Source of the DNA: Gammaproteobacteria bacterium
GTDB lineage: Bacteria > Pseudomonadota > Gammaproteobacteria > Eutrophobiales > Eutrophobiaceae
Length of the DNA: 64,000 nucleotides
Reading direction: 5' to 3'
Assembly: GCA_965204045.1 (NCBI GenBank)
Contig: CBDBDW010000002.1
Coordinates: 2,946,610 to 3,010,609, forward strand
Below are positions 8,784-17,785 of the stretch, one piece after another. The notes beneath the pieces were generated by a model. It was not told where the DNA came from. It saw only the letters and a list, made by a program, of their open reading frames with translations, and ran no database searches. Position 1 is the stretch's first letter. The number at the start of each line of letters is the position of its first letter. Both the position numbers and the translations under genes were made by a program.

Positions 8784-10832
8784 GTGTCCTATTCAACTGA
8801 AAACATTCGCAATATTGCCATTACCGGCCACAGCGGTTCGGGCAAGACCACACTCGTGGAAGCCTTGCTGCAGGGCGCCGGCGCGATCAATCAGAAAGGA
8901 TCGGTGGCGCGGGGAACAACCGTATGCGATTTTGACCCGCAGGAGAAAACTCACCAGCATTCCCTGGACAGCGCGATTGCCAGCCTGGATTACCAGGGCA
9001 GCCATGTCAACCTCATCGATACGCCGGGATATCCTGACTTTATCGGCCGCGCGTTATCCGTTTTGCCGGCCGTGGAAACCTGCGCTGTTGTGGTAAATGC
9101 CCAGGCCGGGGTTGAAATGGTAACCGGCAGGATCATGGAGTCAGCCGGAGAAAGAGGACTGGACCGCCTGGTGATCGTGAACAAGATTGATGCCGATGGC
9201 GTAGATACTGAAACCGTGCTGCAACAACTCAGGGAAGCCTACGGAAGCGAATGTCTGCCCTTGAATTTACCGGCGGCAGGTGGAACCGAAGTCGTGGACT
9301 GTTTTTTTCAGTCTGAAGGCAAGGAAACGGACTTTCTGTCCGTCGCAGAGGCTCACGTCAATATCGTCGACCAGGTCGTCGAACTGGATGAGGAACTCAT
9401 GGAACAGTACCTGGAACAAGGGGAGGACATCAAGCCGGAACAGCTTCACGAACCTTTTGAACAGGCCCTGCGTGAGGGCCATTTCATTCCGGTATGCTTT
9501 GTTTCTGCGGAAACAGGTGCAGGGGTGCCGCAATTACTGGAAGTTCTGGCAAGGTTAATGCCGAATCCCGGCGAGGGCAATCCACCTCCCGTCTTCCGTG
9601 GTGAAGGTGACGCGGCTGAAGAGATCGAAATCAGGCCGGACCCCGGCGGACATGTGATCGCTCACGTATTCAAGGTCAATATCGACCCGTTTGTCGGCAA
9701 ACTCGGGGTGTTCAGGATACACCAGGGAACGGTAACCAGGGACAGCCAGTTGTATATCGGCGACGGCCGCAAACCGTTCAAGGTGGGGCACTTGTTGAAA
9801 CTGCAGGGCAGGGAGCATAACGAAATAGACCGGGGCGTGCCGGGAGACATCTGCGCTGTGGCGAAAATCGATGAGATCCATTTTAACGCGCTGCTGCACG
9901 ATTCCCACGATGAAGACCAGGTTCACCTGCAATCCATCGATATCCCGGCGCCCATGTACGGCCTGGCCATTCAGGCGAAGAGCAGGGGGGATGAACAGAA
10001 GATATCAGACGCCTTGCACAAACTCGGGGCTGAAGATCAAAGCTTCCTGGTGGAGCACAATGCGGCTACAAATGAAACGGTCATCCGCGGCCTGGGTGAG
10101 TTCCACCTGCGAATCATGCTGGAAAAACTGAAGGACCGCCACAATGTCGAAGTGACCACAAGACCTCCGAAAATTGCTTACAAGGAAACCATTACCGCCA
10201 ATGCCGAGGGACACCATCGGCACAAGAAACAGACCGGAGGGGCAGGGCAGTTCGGCGAAGTCTTCCTGAGAGTCGAACCCTTGCCAAGAGGCAGCGGCTT
10301 TGAGTTCGTCGATGCCGTGGTAGGCGGGGTCATACCAAAACCCCTGGTCCCTGCAGTTGAGAAAGGCATCAAACAAGCGCTGGAAAGCGGTTTCCTGTCC
10401 GGCAATCCCATGCAGGACATCAGGGTGACGGTGTATGACGGGAAACACCATCCTGTAGATTCCAAGGAGGTGGCATTCATCGCCGCGGGCAAAAAAGCAT
10501 TTCTTGATGCGTTTCACAAGGCCAGGCCGGTCGTTCTTGAACCGATCGTTGATATCGATGTGACCGCTCCCAGTGGCGCCATGGGTGATATCAACGCTGA
10601 CATTTCGGGCAAGCGGGGGCGGATCAGCAACACTCTCGCTCTTGCCGGCGGCATGTCGACAATTACCGCCAGCGTACCGTTGAGTGAACTGGATAATTAC
10701 CAGTCACAACTGAAATCCATGACCGGCGGGGCCGGCTCTTATTCCCTCAGTTTCAGCCATTATGATCCGGTGCCGGCAAAAACGCAAAAGGAACTGATTG
10801 CCGCACACAAACCGAAGGAAGAAGAGGATTAA
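8784..10832 (+). CDS. EF-G-family translational GTPase (EF-G paralogue)
   Basis: G1 motif AITGHSGSGKTTL, G3 DTPGYPDF, EF-G domain order, about 682 aa. GTG start at 8784 with RBS gaggagg nine nucleotides upstream. The ORF-track start at 8775 overlaps that RBS. Confidence 0.8.
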   Translation: MSYSTENIRNIAITGHSGSGKTTLVEALLQGAGAINQKGSVARGTTVCDFDPQEKTHQHSLDSAIASLDYQGSHVNLIDTPGYPDFIGRALSVLPAVETCAVVVNAQAGVEMVTGRIMESAGERGLDRLVIVNKIDADGVDTETVLQQLREAYGSECLPLNLPAAGGTEVVDCFFQSEGKETDFLSVAEAHVNIVDQVVELDEELMEQYLEQGEDIKPEQLHEPFEQALREGHFIPVCFVSAETGAGVPQLLEVLARLMPNPGEGNPPPVFRGEGDAAEEIEIRPDPGGHVIAHVFKVNIDPFVGKLGVFRIHQGTVTRDSQLYIGDGRKPFKVGHLLKLQGREHNEIDRGVPGDICAVAKIDEIHFNALLHDSHDEDQVHLQSIDIPAPMYGLAIQAKSRGDEQKISDALHKLGAEDQSFLVEHNAATNETVIRGLGEFHLRIMLEKLKDRHNVEVTTRPPKIAYKETITANAEGHHRHKKQTGGAGQFGEVFLRVEPLPRGSGFEFVDAVVGGVIPKPLVPAVEKGIKQALESGFLSGNPMQDIRVTVYDGKHHPVDSKEVAFIAAGKKAFLDAFHKARPVVLEPIVDIDVTAPSGAMGDINADISGKRGRISNTLALAGGMSTITASVPLSELDNYQSQLKSMTGGAGSYSLSFSHYDPVPAKTQKELIAAHKPKEEED

Positions 10833-10847
10833 GCCCCCGAGAGTCCA

Positions 10848-10890
10848 GGGGTCAGAGTAAGAAATTCGCCAGAATTTTTACTCTGACCCC
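10848..10890 (+). terminator. rho-independent terminator after the EF-G paralogue (stem ggggtcagagtaa / ttactctgacccc)
   Basis: 13-bp inverted repeat with a 17-nt loop, then an A/T-rich tract. Confidence 0.55.
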
Positions 10891-11005
10891 AACTATCTTT
10901 TATATCTATTTGTCATATATATAGTCAAATTAAGCACTTTTATGCATAAGACTTAACTGCTATTCTTTGCGCCCTGTTGAATTTCGAGAGCAGTTTACAG
11001 TCGAT

Positions 11006-12700
11006 ATGTACCAATATGACGAATACGATCAGCAGATCGTAGACGAACGGGTAGCCCAGTTTCGCGACCAGACCCGGCGTTACCTGGCAGGAGAACTCAG
11101 CGAAGATGAGTATCGGCCGCTACGCCTGATGAACGGTCTGTACATCCAGAGGCATGCACCGATGCTGCGTGTGTCAATTCCGTACGGATTGTTGTCTTCA
11201 ACCCAGTTGCGCATGCTGGCGTATATTGCGGACAAGTACGATAAAGGCTACGGCCACTTCAGTACCAGGCAGAATATTCAGTTCAACTGGCCCAGACTGG
11301 AGACCGTGCCTGATATCCTGGCGGATCTTGCCAGTGTACAGATGCATGCTATCCAGACGAGCGGCAACTGCATACGCAACATCACCTCGGACCATTTTGC
11401 CGGCATCGCCGAGGATGAACTGGAAGACCCGCGCCCCTATTGTGAAATCATTCGCCAGTGGTCAACATTCCATCCGGAGTTTTCTTTCCTCCCGCGCAAG
11501 TTCAAGATTGCGGTATCCGGCTCGGAGAATGATCGCGCCGCGGTGCAGATACACGATATCGGCATTTACCTGGTCAGGAATGAAGCGGGTGAAACAGGCT
11601 GCAAAATACTGGTGGGCGGAGGCCTGGGGCGCACGCCTTACCTGGGGGTATGTATACGGGATTACCTTGAGAAGCAACACCTGCTGTCTTACCTGGAAGC
11701 CATCCTGCGAGTTTACAACCAGCTGGGCCGGCGCGACAACATGCATAAAGCCAGGATAAAGATCCTGGTCAATGCGATCGGTCCGGAAAAATTTACCGAT
11801 ATGGTTGAAACTGAATGGCGCCGAATCAGGGACACGGCCCTGTTGCTGGACCAGGCTGAGATCGACCGGGTCAAGGGTTTTTTCACCGAGCCGGAGTTTG
11901 ATAAAAACGCTGCCGATGACGCAACGTTCGCAAAACGCCTGGTATTGCAGAAAGACTTCAAACTGTGGGTGCGGCGTAATGTAAAGGCCCACAAGGCGCC
12001 GGGTTACCGCGCCGTTTACCTTTCGCTCAAACATCCGGGCGTTGCCCCCGGTGACGCTACGGGCGCACAGATGAATTTTATCGCGACCCTGGCTGATAAA
12101 TACAGCTACTCGGAAATACGCGTGACCCATGACCAGAACCTGATCCTGCCTCATGTCAGACAGGGAGACCTGTATTCGCTCTGGAATGCTTTAAGAAAGG
12201 AACAGCTCGCAACACCCAACATCGGCCTGCTGACGGACATGATATGCTGTCCCGGGCTGGACTTCTGCAACCTGGCTAACGCAGGATCCATCGATATAGC
12301 CGGACAAATCAATAAAAGGTTTAACGAACTGGATTACCTGCATGATATCGGTGATTTCCAGATCAAGATGTCCGGTTGCATGAATGCCTGCGGTCATCAT
12401 CATGTAGGACACATCGGGATTCTGGGTGTTGACAAGAAAGGCAAGGAATTTTATCAACTTACACTGGGCGGCTCGGCCGGGAATGCGGCGCGGCTCGGAG
12501 ACCGTCTGGGTCCTGCCGTCGCAAAGGAGGAAGTGGCAGAGACCATAGACAGGATATTGCAGGTATACCTGGAACAGCGGGAGGGAGAGGAGCAGTTCCT
12601 GGAAACCTACTTGCGGGTAGGGATGGATCCGTTCAAGGACAGGGTCTATGCTGCCGAAACCGGGCGCGTAGAGGAGTTCAAAGCCGTTGCGGGTTATTAA
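11006..12700 (+). CDS. cysI: sulfite reductase hemoprotein (siroheme/[4Fe-4S], CysI-like)
   Basis: Nitrite/sulfite reductase ferredoxin-like half domains. Cysteine cluster CMNACGHHHVGHIG. Start assigned to MYQYDEYDQ by analogy with pseudomonad CysI. The ORF-track start is 10967. Confidence 0.8.
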   Translation: MYQYDEYDQQIVDERVAQFRDQTRRYLAGELSEDEYRPLRLMNGLYIQRHAPMLRVSIPYGLLSSTQLRMLAYIADKYDKGYGHFSTRQNIQFNWPRLETVPDILADLASVQMHAIQTSGNCIRNITSDHFAGIAEDELEDPRPYCEIIRQWSTFHPEFSFLPRKFKIAVSGSENDRAAVQIHDIGIYLVRNEAGETGCKILVGGGLGRTPYLGVCIRDYLEKQHLLSYLEAILRVYNQLGRRDNMHKARIKILVNAIGPEKFTDMVETEWRRIRDTALLLDQAEIDRVKGFFTEPEFDKNAADDATFAKRLVLQKDFKLWVRRNVKAHKAPGYRAVYLSLKHPGVAPGDATGAQMNFIATLADKYSYSEIRVTHDQNLILPHVRQGDLYSLWNALRKEQLATPNIGLLTDMICCPGLDFCNLANAGSIDIAGQINKRFNELDYLHDIGDFQIKMSGCMNACGHHHVGHIGILGVDKKGKEFYQLTLGGSAGNAARLGDRLGPAVAKEEVAETIDRILQVYLEQREGEEQFLETYLRVGMDPFKDRVYAAETGRVEEFKAVAGY

Positions 12701-13193
12701 AAACGGCAAGGTGGAGGAAGATGGCTGGCAAAGGATTGCCGGGACGGATTCTCAACGACCATTACCTGAAGGCGATTTGATAGTGCCTCTTGACTATTGG
12801 CGCCGTAACAGGGAACTGCTGGCACGGCACAACGGCAGGATTGGCGTCTGCCTGGCGGGAGAGGACAGTCTCGATGATTGCTCCGGTTCGCTGGACCAAT
12901 TTGAACTGGTCGCCCTGGAGTTTCCCAAATTTACCGACGGGCGCAGTTATTCCCACGCCAGGCTGTTGCGCGATCGGTACGGCTATCGCGGTGAGATACG
13001 CGCGGTGGGGGAAGTGCTCAGGGATCAATTATTTTTTATGCAGCGTTGCGGCATCGATTCATATCAGGTCCGGGAGGGCAAGGATGCGGAAGATGCATTG
13101 AAAGGATTGTCGGACTTCAGCGTGAAATACCAGACAGCCGCAGACGGCGCGCCTCCCGTCTACAAGCTCAGGCAAAAGCAACGAAATCAGTGA
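12687..13193 (+). CDS. DUF934-family protein (conserved partner downstream of cysI)
   Basis: 168 aa, overlaps the cysI stop. The cysI-DUF934 arrangement is conserved in gammaproteobacteria. Confidence 0.65.
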   Translation: MRVIKNGKVEEDGWQRIAGTDSQRPLPEGDLIVPLDYWRRNRELLARHNGRIGVCLAGEDSLDDCSGSLDQFELVALEFPKFTDGRSYSHARLLRDRYGYRGEIRAVGEVLRDQLFFMQRCGIDSYQVREGKDAEDALKGLSDFSVKYQTAADGAPPVYKLRQKQRNQ

Positions 13194-13210
13194 GCCGGTG
13201 GTATCCCGGT

Positions 13211-13552
13211 TTAACCCTTCAGTGAACTGATTCCTGTATCCAGGTCATCATGAATGGTGAACAGGTTCACCAGACCGCTTATTTCGAATATCTTCATGAT
13301 GTTATCATTCAGGGAACACACCGAGAAAGAACCGGAGCTCTTGGCAAAACTCTTTGTGGCAAAAATCAGGACGCGCAAACCGGCGCTGGAGATGTAATTT
13401 ACATCGGAAAAATTAATGATCATCTTGTTGCAACCGTTTTTTATTTCCTCCATGACCTTGTCATGTACTTGTCCCGAGTTGGTTGCGTCAACCCTCCCCT
13501 TCAGGTTAAGAATAACAATACCGTCCTGATTTACTGTTTCAATCTCACTCAT
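13211..13552 (-). CDS. STAS-domain anti-sigma-factor antagonist (RsbV/SpoIIAA-like)
   Basis: 113 aa. Conserved phosphorylatable segment NYISSAGLRVL. Confidence 0.8.
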   Translation of the reverse strand: MSEIETVNQDGIVILNLKGRVDATNSGQVHDKVMEEIKNGCNKMIINFSDVNYISSAGLRVLIFATKSFAKSSGSFSVCSLNDNIMKIFEISGLVNLFTIHDDLDTGISSLKG

Positions 13553-13750
13553 TATTTTTCTCTTTCTCTGTTGGTCGCCGGCCTGAATTCAGCCGACATA
13601 GTATAAACTTTTGAATTTATCTGTCCAGCATTTTACAATAACATAAAATAATAATACATTATCGGGCAAAGTGGGCTAAATATATACTAGGGAGGTCCGG
13701 CATACAAGTGAATATCGATATTACATCGTATTTTTTGTGGGGATTGGTCG

Positions 13751-14245
13751 ATGAATAAAAAAAATGAAAGAATTAGATGGGTGTTGGAAAAACTGGCCGA
13801 CCTGGCAGAATTTTCAGAAGAATTCAGGTCCTATTGCGAAGAAAAGAACCTGGACGACGGCAAGATTTTTGAACTGGAATTGTCCCTGGAGGAATTGATC
13901 GTAAATTCATTTACCCACGGTTACAAGAGTAATGAAGATGGTACCGTCACCGTGGAATTCGAAGACACCGGACATGAAATCAGGATCAGTATGCGGGACA
14001 AAGCGCCTCCGTTTGATCTGTTCAGGGATGCGCCGGCGCCGCGGCTTGGCGGGGAAGACCCGGACCCGGAAGTTGTGGCTGAACTCGAACCGGATTCCGG
14101 ACCTGGGCAGGGAGATGAGACAGAACCAAAACAGGAGAAGGAGGGAGGCCTGGGCATCCACCTGGTAAAAAGTCTCAACGACAAGGTTGAGTACTATGGT
14201 TCAAAGGATGGAAACATCGTTGTCATTATAAAGTCCAAATCCTGA
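13751..14245 (+). CDS. anti-sigma regulatory factor, Ser/Thr protein kinase (RsbW-like HATPase_c) with an acidic insertion
   Basis: Histidine-kinase-like ATPase motifs (E..L..S..H; GGLGIHLV). About 40-aa acidic insert. Confidence 0.7.
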   Translation: MNKKNERIRWVLEKLADLAEFSEEFRSYCEEKNLDDGKIFELELSLEELIVNSFTHGYKSNEDGTVTVEFEDTGHEIRISMRDKAPPFDLFRDAPAPRLGGEDPDPEVVAELEPDSGPGQGDETEPKQEKEGGLGIHLVKSLNDKVEYYGSKDGNIVVIIKSKS

Positions 14246-14247
14246 CG

Positions 14248-17061
14248 TTACAGGCCGGTGAATTGAAAGGACAGGATAGTGATGTCATCGAACTGATCGG
14301 CCCGTCCTATAAACCTGAGCACGCTTCTGATAACGGAGTTCGTCATGTCCTTGGCGGTCTCAAACTCATTTTTCTTCAGCAAATCCTCTAACCGGTCATC
14401 GTCATAGAATTCATCCCGAATGTTCTGTGCCTCGGTTACGCCGTCTGTATAAAACAGCACCATATCACCCTCATCCATATCGATGGATTGCTGTTTGAAT
14501 TCTATGCCTTCAAATGTACCCACCAGAGGCCCCTGGATTTCTTCGAGACATATCAGCTCACCGCTCTGCTTCTTGATAAAAGGCAGGTTGTGTCCGGCAT
14601 TGGTTATAAGCAGCTTCCCGGTATTCAGATCCATGATGCCGATAACCAGGGTTACGAACATATTGCTGTCATTGTTCAGGGATAATTCATTGTTCACCCG
14701 GGTTACGATATCTTTTGTCTGGTCATTCTGGTCGAGGATCTTGTTGAGCAGGGCCTTGGTCACCGACATGAACAGGGATGCGGGTATGCCTTTCCCGGAG
14801 ACATCCCCAACGCAGAAATACACTTTGTCATTATGCAAGCGTGAAAAGTCGTAAAAATCTCCTGATACGCTTTGCGCAGGCTTGAGAAAGGCTTCCAGGG
14901 CAAAACCCTCCCCGCTGATCGGGTCCGGCAACATGTCCATTTGCACTTTCTGGCCTATTCTCAGGTCCTGGGCAAGCTTGTCATTATGTGACTTGATTGT
15001 CTTGAAGGCTCCCTTCAACTGCTCGTTGGCGCGGGTAACCTTGTTCCGGCTCCAGATGGACAGCAGGGTAAGCGTCAGGATCAATGCCGCCGTGAAACCG
15101 CTACCCGCCAGGGCCTGCCTTGTGAATGCCCTGAAAGTCGCAAACGCTTCATCACTGTCGTATTCATTGATGATGCCGAAGCCATAGGTGTTGTTCCAGG
15201 CCCAGTAACCGACCACCTTGTGTCCGAGGTAATTGTCGTATTCATCCAATTCCCCGCCGCTGTCGCCGGCGGTCACGCGCCGGACGGAGAGGGGCATTTC
15301 CCCGGGCAGGACGGCTTTTCCCTGCCGGCTGGCATACATTCCGACAATTGACTGGGTATCCGACCCCACCCAGCCCTGATCCAGGATCTGTTCTTTCCAC
15401 CGGGGTTCACTGATAAAGCGGCCATCCACATCAACCAGGTAAACCTCGCCGTAATTGCCGGAATAGCCTCTTCGCAGGATTTTGGCCAGCATTCGCTGCG
15501 GCGACGCCGTAATGAAGACCGCGCCCTTGTTCTCATCCATCAGAGCTCCGAAAACGACGTTATGCGACAGTAAGTCGCTGGCCGCTTCCCTGTTGGGGAA
15601 ATCGATTGTCGTTTTTTGTGTCAGCAGGCGTTCCATGGCGCCTGAGGGGAAGGCAAAAAACTTTCCGATCAGTTCTGCCCGGTTGCTGGAGAGCACGATA
15701 CCGTCGCGATCGACTACCAGGTAGTTTTCAAATATTTCAGGATTGGCGATACTGGAATCCTCGGCAAACTGTTTCAGGTCCTGGCCGATTGTGTCAGCAT
15801 CATCTTCCCCCGCATTCGGAAAAGCTGCGGTCGCCAGTTGCTGATGCAGTGCATGGTGCGGGAAGTCCTTCAATACTTGCAGTGATTCGTAAGTGACCTG
15901 GCGACTGACTGCTTCTGCGAAATTAACGGCATCCTGGCTGGACTGTTGCATCCAGTCCAGCACCGCGCTCTGGGTGGCGTCCAGGGTAAACTTCAACTCG
16001 TCCCTGACCTTGGTATAGGACTGAATCCTGTTCTCGCTCAGGAACCACCAGGAAAGACCCAGGGTCAGGAATGTGACGACAACGGCTGCGCCTATGAGCG
16101 GCCAGTTTTGCCAGAAAGTCGTGAAAAAAAACTGCAGGGACGTGGTGTCAGAGGTTACTTCGTCCTTATCTCCGGAAGTCTCAGCCTTGCTGGTCAACCG
16201 CTTGACCAGCGCGTCACGCGCGGAGCCTTTTGTGCCGGCTTCTGCAGAACTGTAACCACTGGCAGCCAATCGTTGCGCCAGCCTGGACTTGCCGCTATGC
16301 GCTTCTTTCTTTTTCATGGATGCCGCGCCGAGTATCAGGGAGATCAGGGCAAGACAGGCGGACAGGCCCAGGGTAACCATCAACACCACATTCAGACGCT
16401 TTTGCTTGTCACGGAATACTGTAATTTGTCCCGAGGTCCTGTGATCGAGAGTCTCAAAAAACTTGTCCAGCGGATTCATGATCTTTTCCTTGGCCGCGTG
16501 GTATTGCTCACCGTGCAGCAGATCCCGGGCCAGTTCCCGGTCGGGCGGACCCCTGGTGTGGCGTCCGGTAGCGTTCTCAAAAATACCGACCATGGCGTTC
16601 ATGGCCCGGTTTTCCAGGTTGACCAGTTCGTTGGATTCGGTTTCGGTTTCCTGTAACAGGGCAAATTCAGTTTCCGTAAACCGGGCATCCTTCATCAGGT
16701 CCTTCAGCGCCCTGGGCGGGGTGTCCACACGCGGCGGCATACCTGTGGCGGAGACGAAGTCCCAGTAGATCTTATAATAATCTGCCGGACGCGGCGCGTC
16801 TCCGCTCCGTATGGCCAGTATCCTGTCGAAATACTCCTTGAATTTCGGATCGCCCGTCACCGCATAGGTCCTGGCCATGCGGGTCAGGTCATCGGAGCTT
16901 TGTCGCAATTCATCAGCGAGCAGGTAAGACAGGTATCTTCTTTCAGCCGCTTCCGCTATTTTTGCTTCATTGTCCAGTACTTCCAGGTACAGGAACAGTG
17001 AGAGCAGCATAAGCGTCATGATTGACGCAAAAATCCTCACGAAGTGTTTTTGTAGATCCAT
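14248..17061 (-). CDS. membrane sensor serine phosphatase (PP2C/SpoIIE family, RsbU-like) with two large extracytoplasmic sensor regions
   Basis: C-terminal PP2C motifs (GDVSGKG, FYTDGVTE). Four predicted transmembrane segments bracket two periplasmic domains. Start taken at MDLQKHF (17061). Confidence 0.8.
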   Translation of the reverse strand: MDLQKHFVRIFASIMTLMLLSLFLYLEVLDNEAKIAEAAERRYLSYLLADELRQSSDDLTRMARTYAVTGDPKFKEYFDRILAIRSGDAPRPADYYKIYWDFVSATGMPPRVDTPPRALKDLMKDARFTETEFALLQETETESNELVNLENRAMNAMVGIFENATGRHTRGPPDRELARDLLHGEQYHAAKEKIMNPLDKFFETLDHRTSGQITVFRDKQKRLNVVLMVTLGLSACLALISLILGAASMKKKEAHSGKSRLAQRLAASGYSSAEAGTKGSARDALVKRLTSKAETSGDKDEVTSDTTSLQFFFTTFWQNWPLIGAAVVVTFLTLGLSWWFLSENRIQSYTKVRDELKFTLDATQSAVLDWMQQSSQDAVNFAEAVSRQVTYESLQVLKDFPHHALHQQLATAAFPNAGEDDADTIGQDLKQFAEDSSIANPEIFENYLVVDRDGIVLSSNRAELIGKFFAFPSGAMERLLTQKTTIDFPNREAASDLLSHNVVFGALMDENKGAVFITASPQRMLAKILRRGYSGNYGEVYLVDVDGRFISEPRWKEQILDQGWVGSDTQSIVGMYASRQGKAVLPGEMPLSVRRVTAGDSGGELDEYDNYLGHKVVGYWAWNNTYGFGIINEYDSDEAFATFRAFTRQALAGSGFTAALILTLTLLSIWSRNKVTRANEQLKGAFKTIKSHNDKLAQDLRIGQKVQMDMLPDPISGEGFALEAFLKPAQSVSGDFYDFSRLHNDKVYFCVGDVSGKGIPASLFMSVTKALLNKILDQNDQTKDIVTRVNNELSLNNDSNMFVTLVIGIMDLNTGKLLITNAGHNLPFIKKQSGELICLEEIQGPLVGTFEGIEFKQQSIDMDEGDMVLFYTDGVTEAQNIRDEFYDDDRLEDLLKKNEFETAKDMTNSVIRSVLRFIGRADQFDDITILSFQFTGL

Positions 17062-17168
17062 AGCGATAGAAATTTGTTGAAAATCTGTAATATCACCGAT
17101 GTGTTGACGCCCCGCACACAACGCAGCGGCGCGGGGCGTCCATCAAGGTTTTATGCCGGTTGGGACGT

Positions 17169-17636
17169 TCAAAACGGTATGTCGTCGTCAACAAATTCTC
17201 CACCATTACCGGGGGTATTCTCCTGCCGTGCGGGAGCATTTGCCGCAGACTGTTTACGCGCCTGCCCGGACGCGCCTGCAAACTCCTCTCCTGTGCCGCC
17301 CCTGCCGTCCAGCATTTGCATATCATAGGCGACGATCTCGGTGGTATAGCGGTCATTTCCGTCGCGATCCTGCCACTTATTCGTCCGTAGTCGCCCTTCC
17401 ACGTAAACCTTTGAGCCTTTGCGTAAATATTCGGACACGATTTCCGCCAGGCGGCCGAAAAAAACGATCCGATGCCACTCGGTCCGCTCCTGCTGGTCAC
17501 CCGTTTCCTTATCCCGCCACGATTCAGAGGTCGCCAGGCTTACGTTGGCGATAGGCGAGCCGCCGGAGGTGTACCTCACGTCCGGATCGTTTCCAAGGTT
17601 TCCGATTAGAATGACTTTGTTAATTCCTCTGGCCAT
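17169..17636 (-). CDS. ssb: single-stranded DNA-binding protein
   Basis: N-terminal [17 protein letters not shown] fold, Gly-rich tail ending DDDIPF. Confidence 0.92.
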   Translation of the reverse strand: MARGINKVILIGNLGNDPDVRYTSGGSPIANVSLATSESWRDKETGDQQERTEWHRIVFFGRLAEIVSEYLRKGSKVYVEGRLRTNKWQDRDGNDRYTTEIVAYDMQMLDGRGGTGEEFAGASGQARKQSAANAPARQENTPGNGGEFVDDDIPF

Positions 17637-17785
17637 AATTCAACTCCTTTATTATTGATATTAAACGAAAAACAACAGCGTTGGCGCCGCTGTTTTGAAG
17701 CAAGACGCAAATCCGGCTTGGACTCATGCCGAGCTTCCCTTATATTAGCAGGTTAATTCGAATCCGGCCAAACATATAAAGCATA

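Noticed and set aside
15946-16656. 236-aa plus-strand ORF inside the phosphatase gene
   Set aside because: Antisense shadow. The minus-strand product has coherent transmembrane and PP2C architecture.
17640-17785. Expected canonical SOS box (CTGT-N8-ACAG) between ssb and uvrA
   Set aside because: No match to the gammaproteobacterial consensus. Only the reversed-polarity dyad reported in the findings is present.
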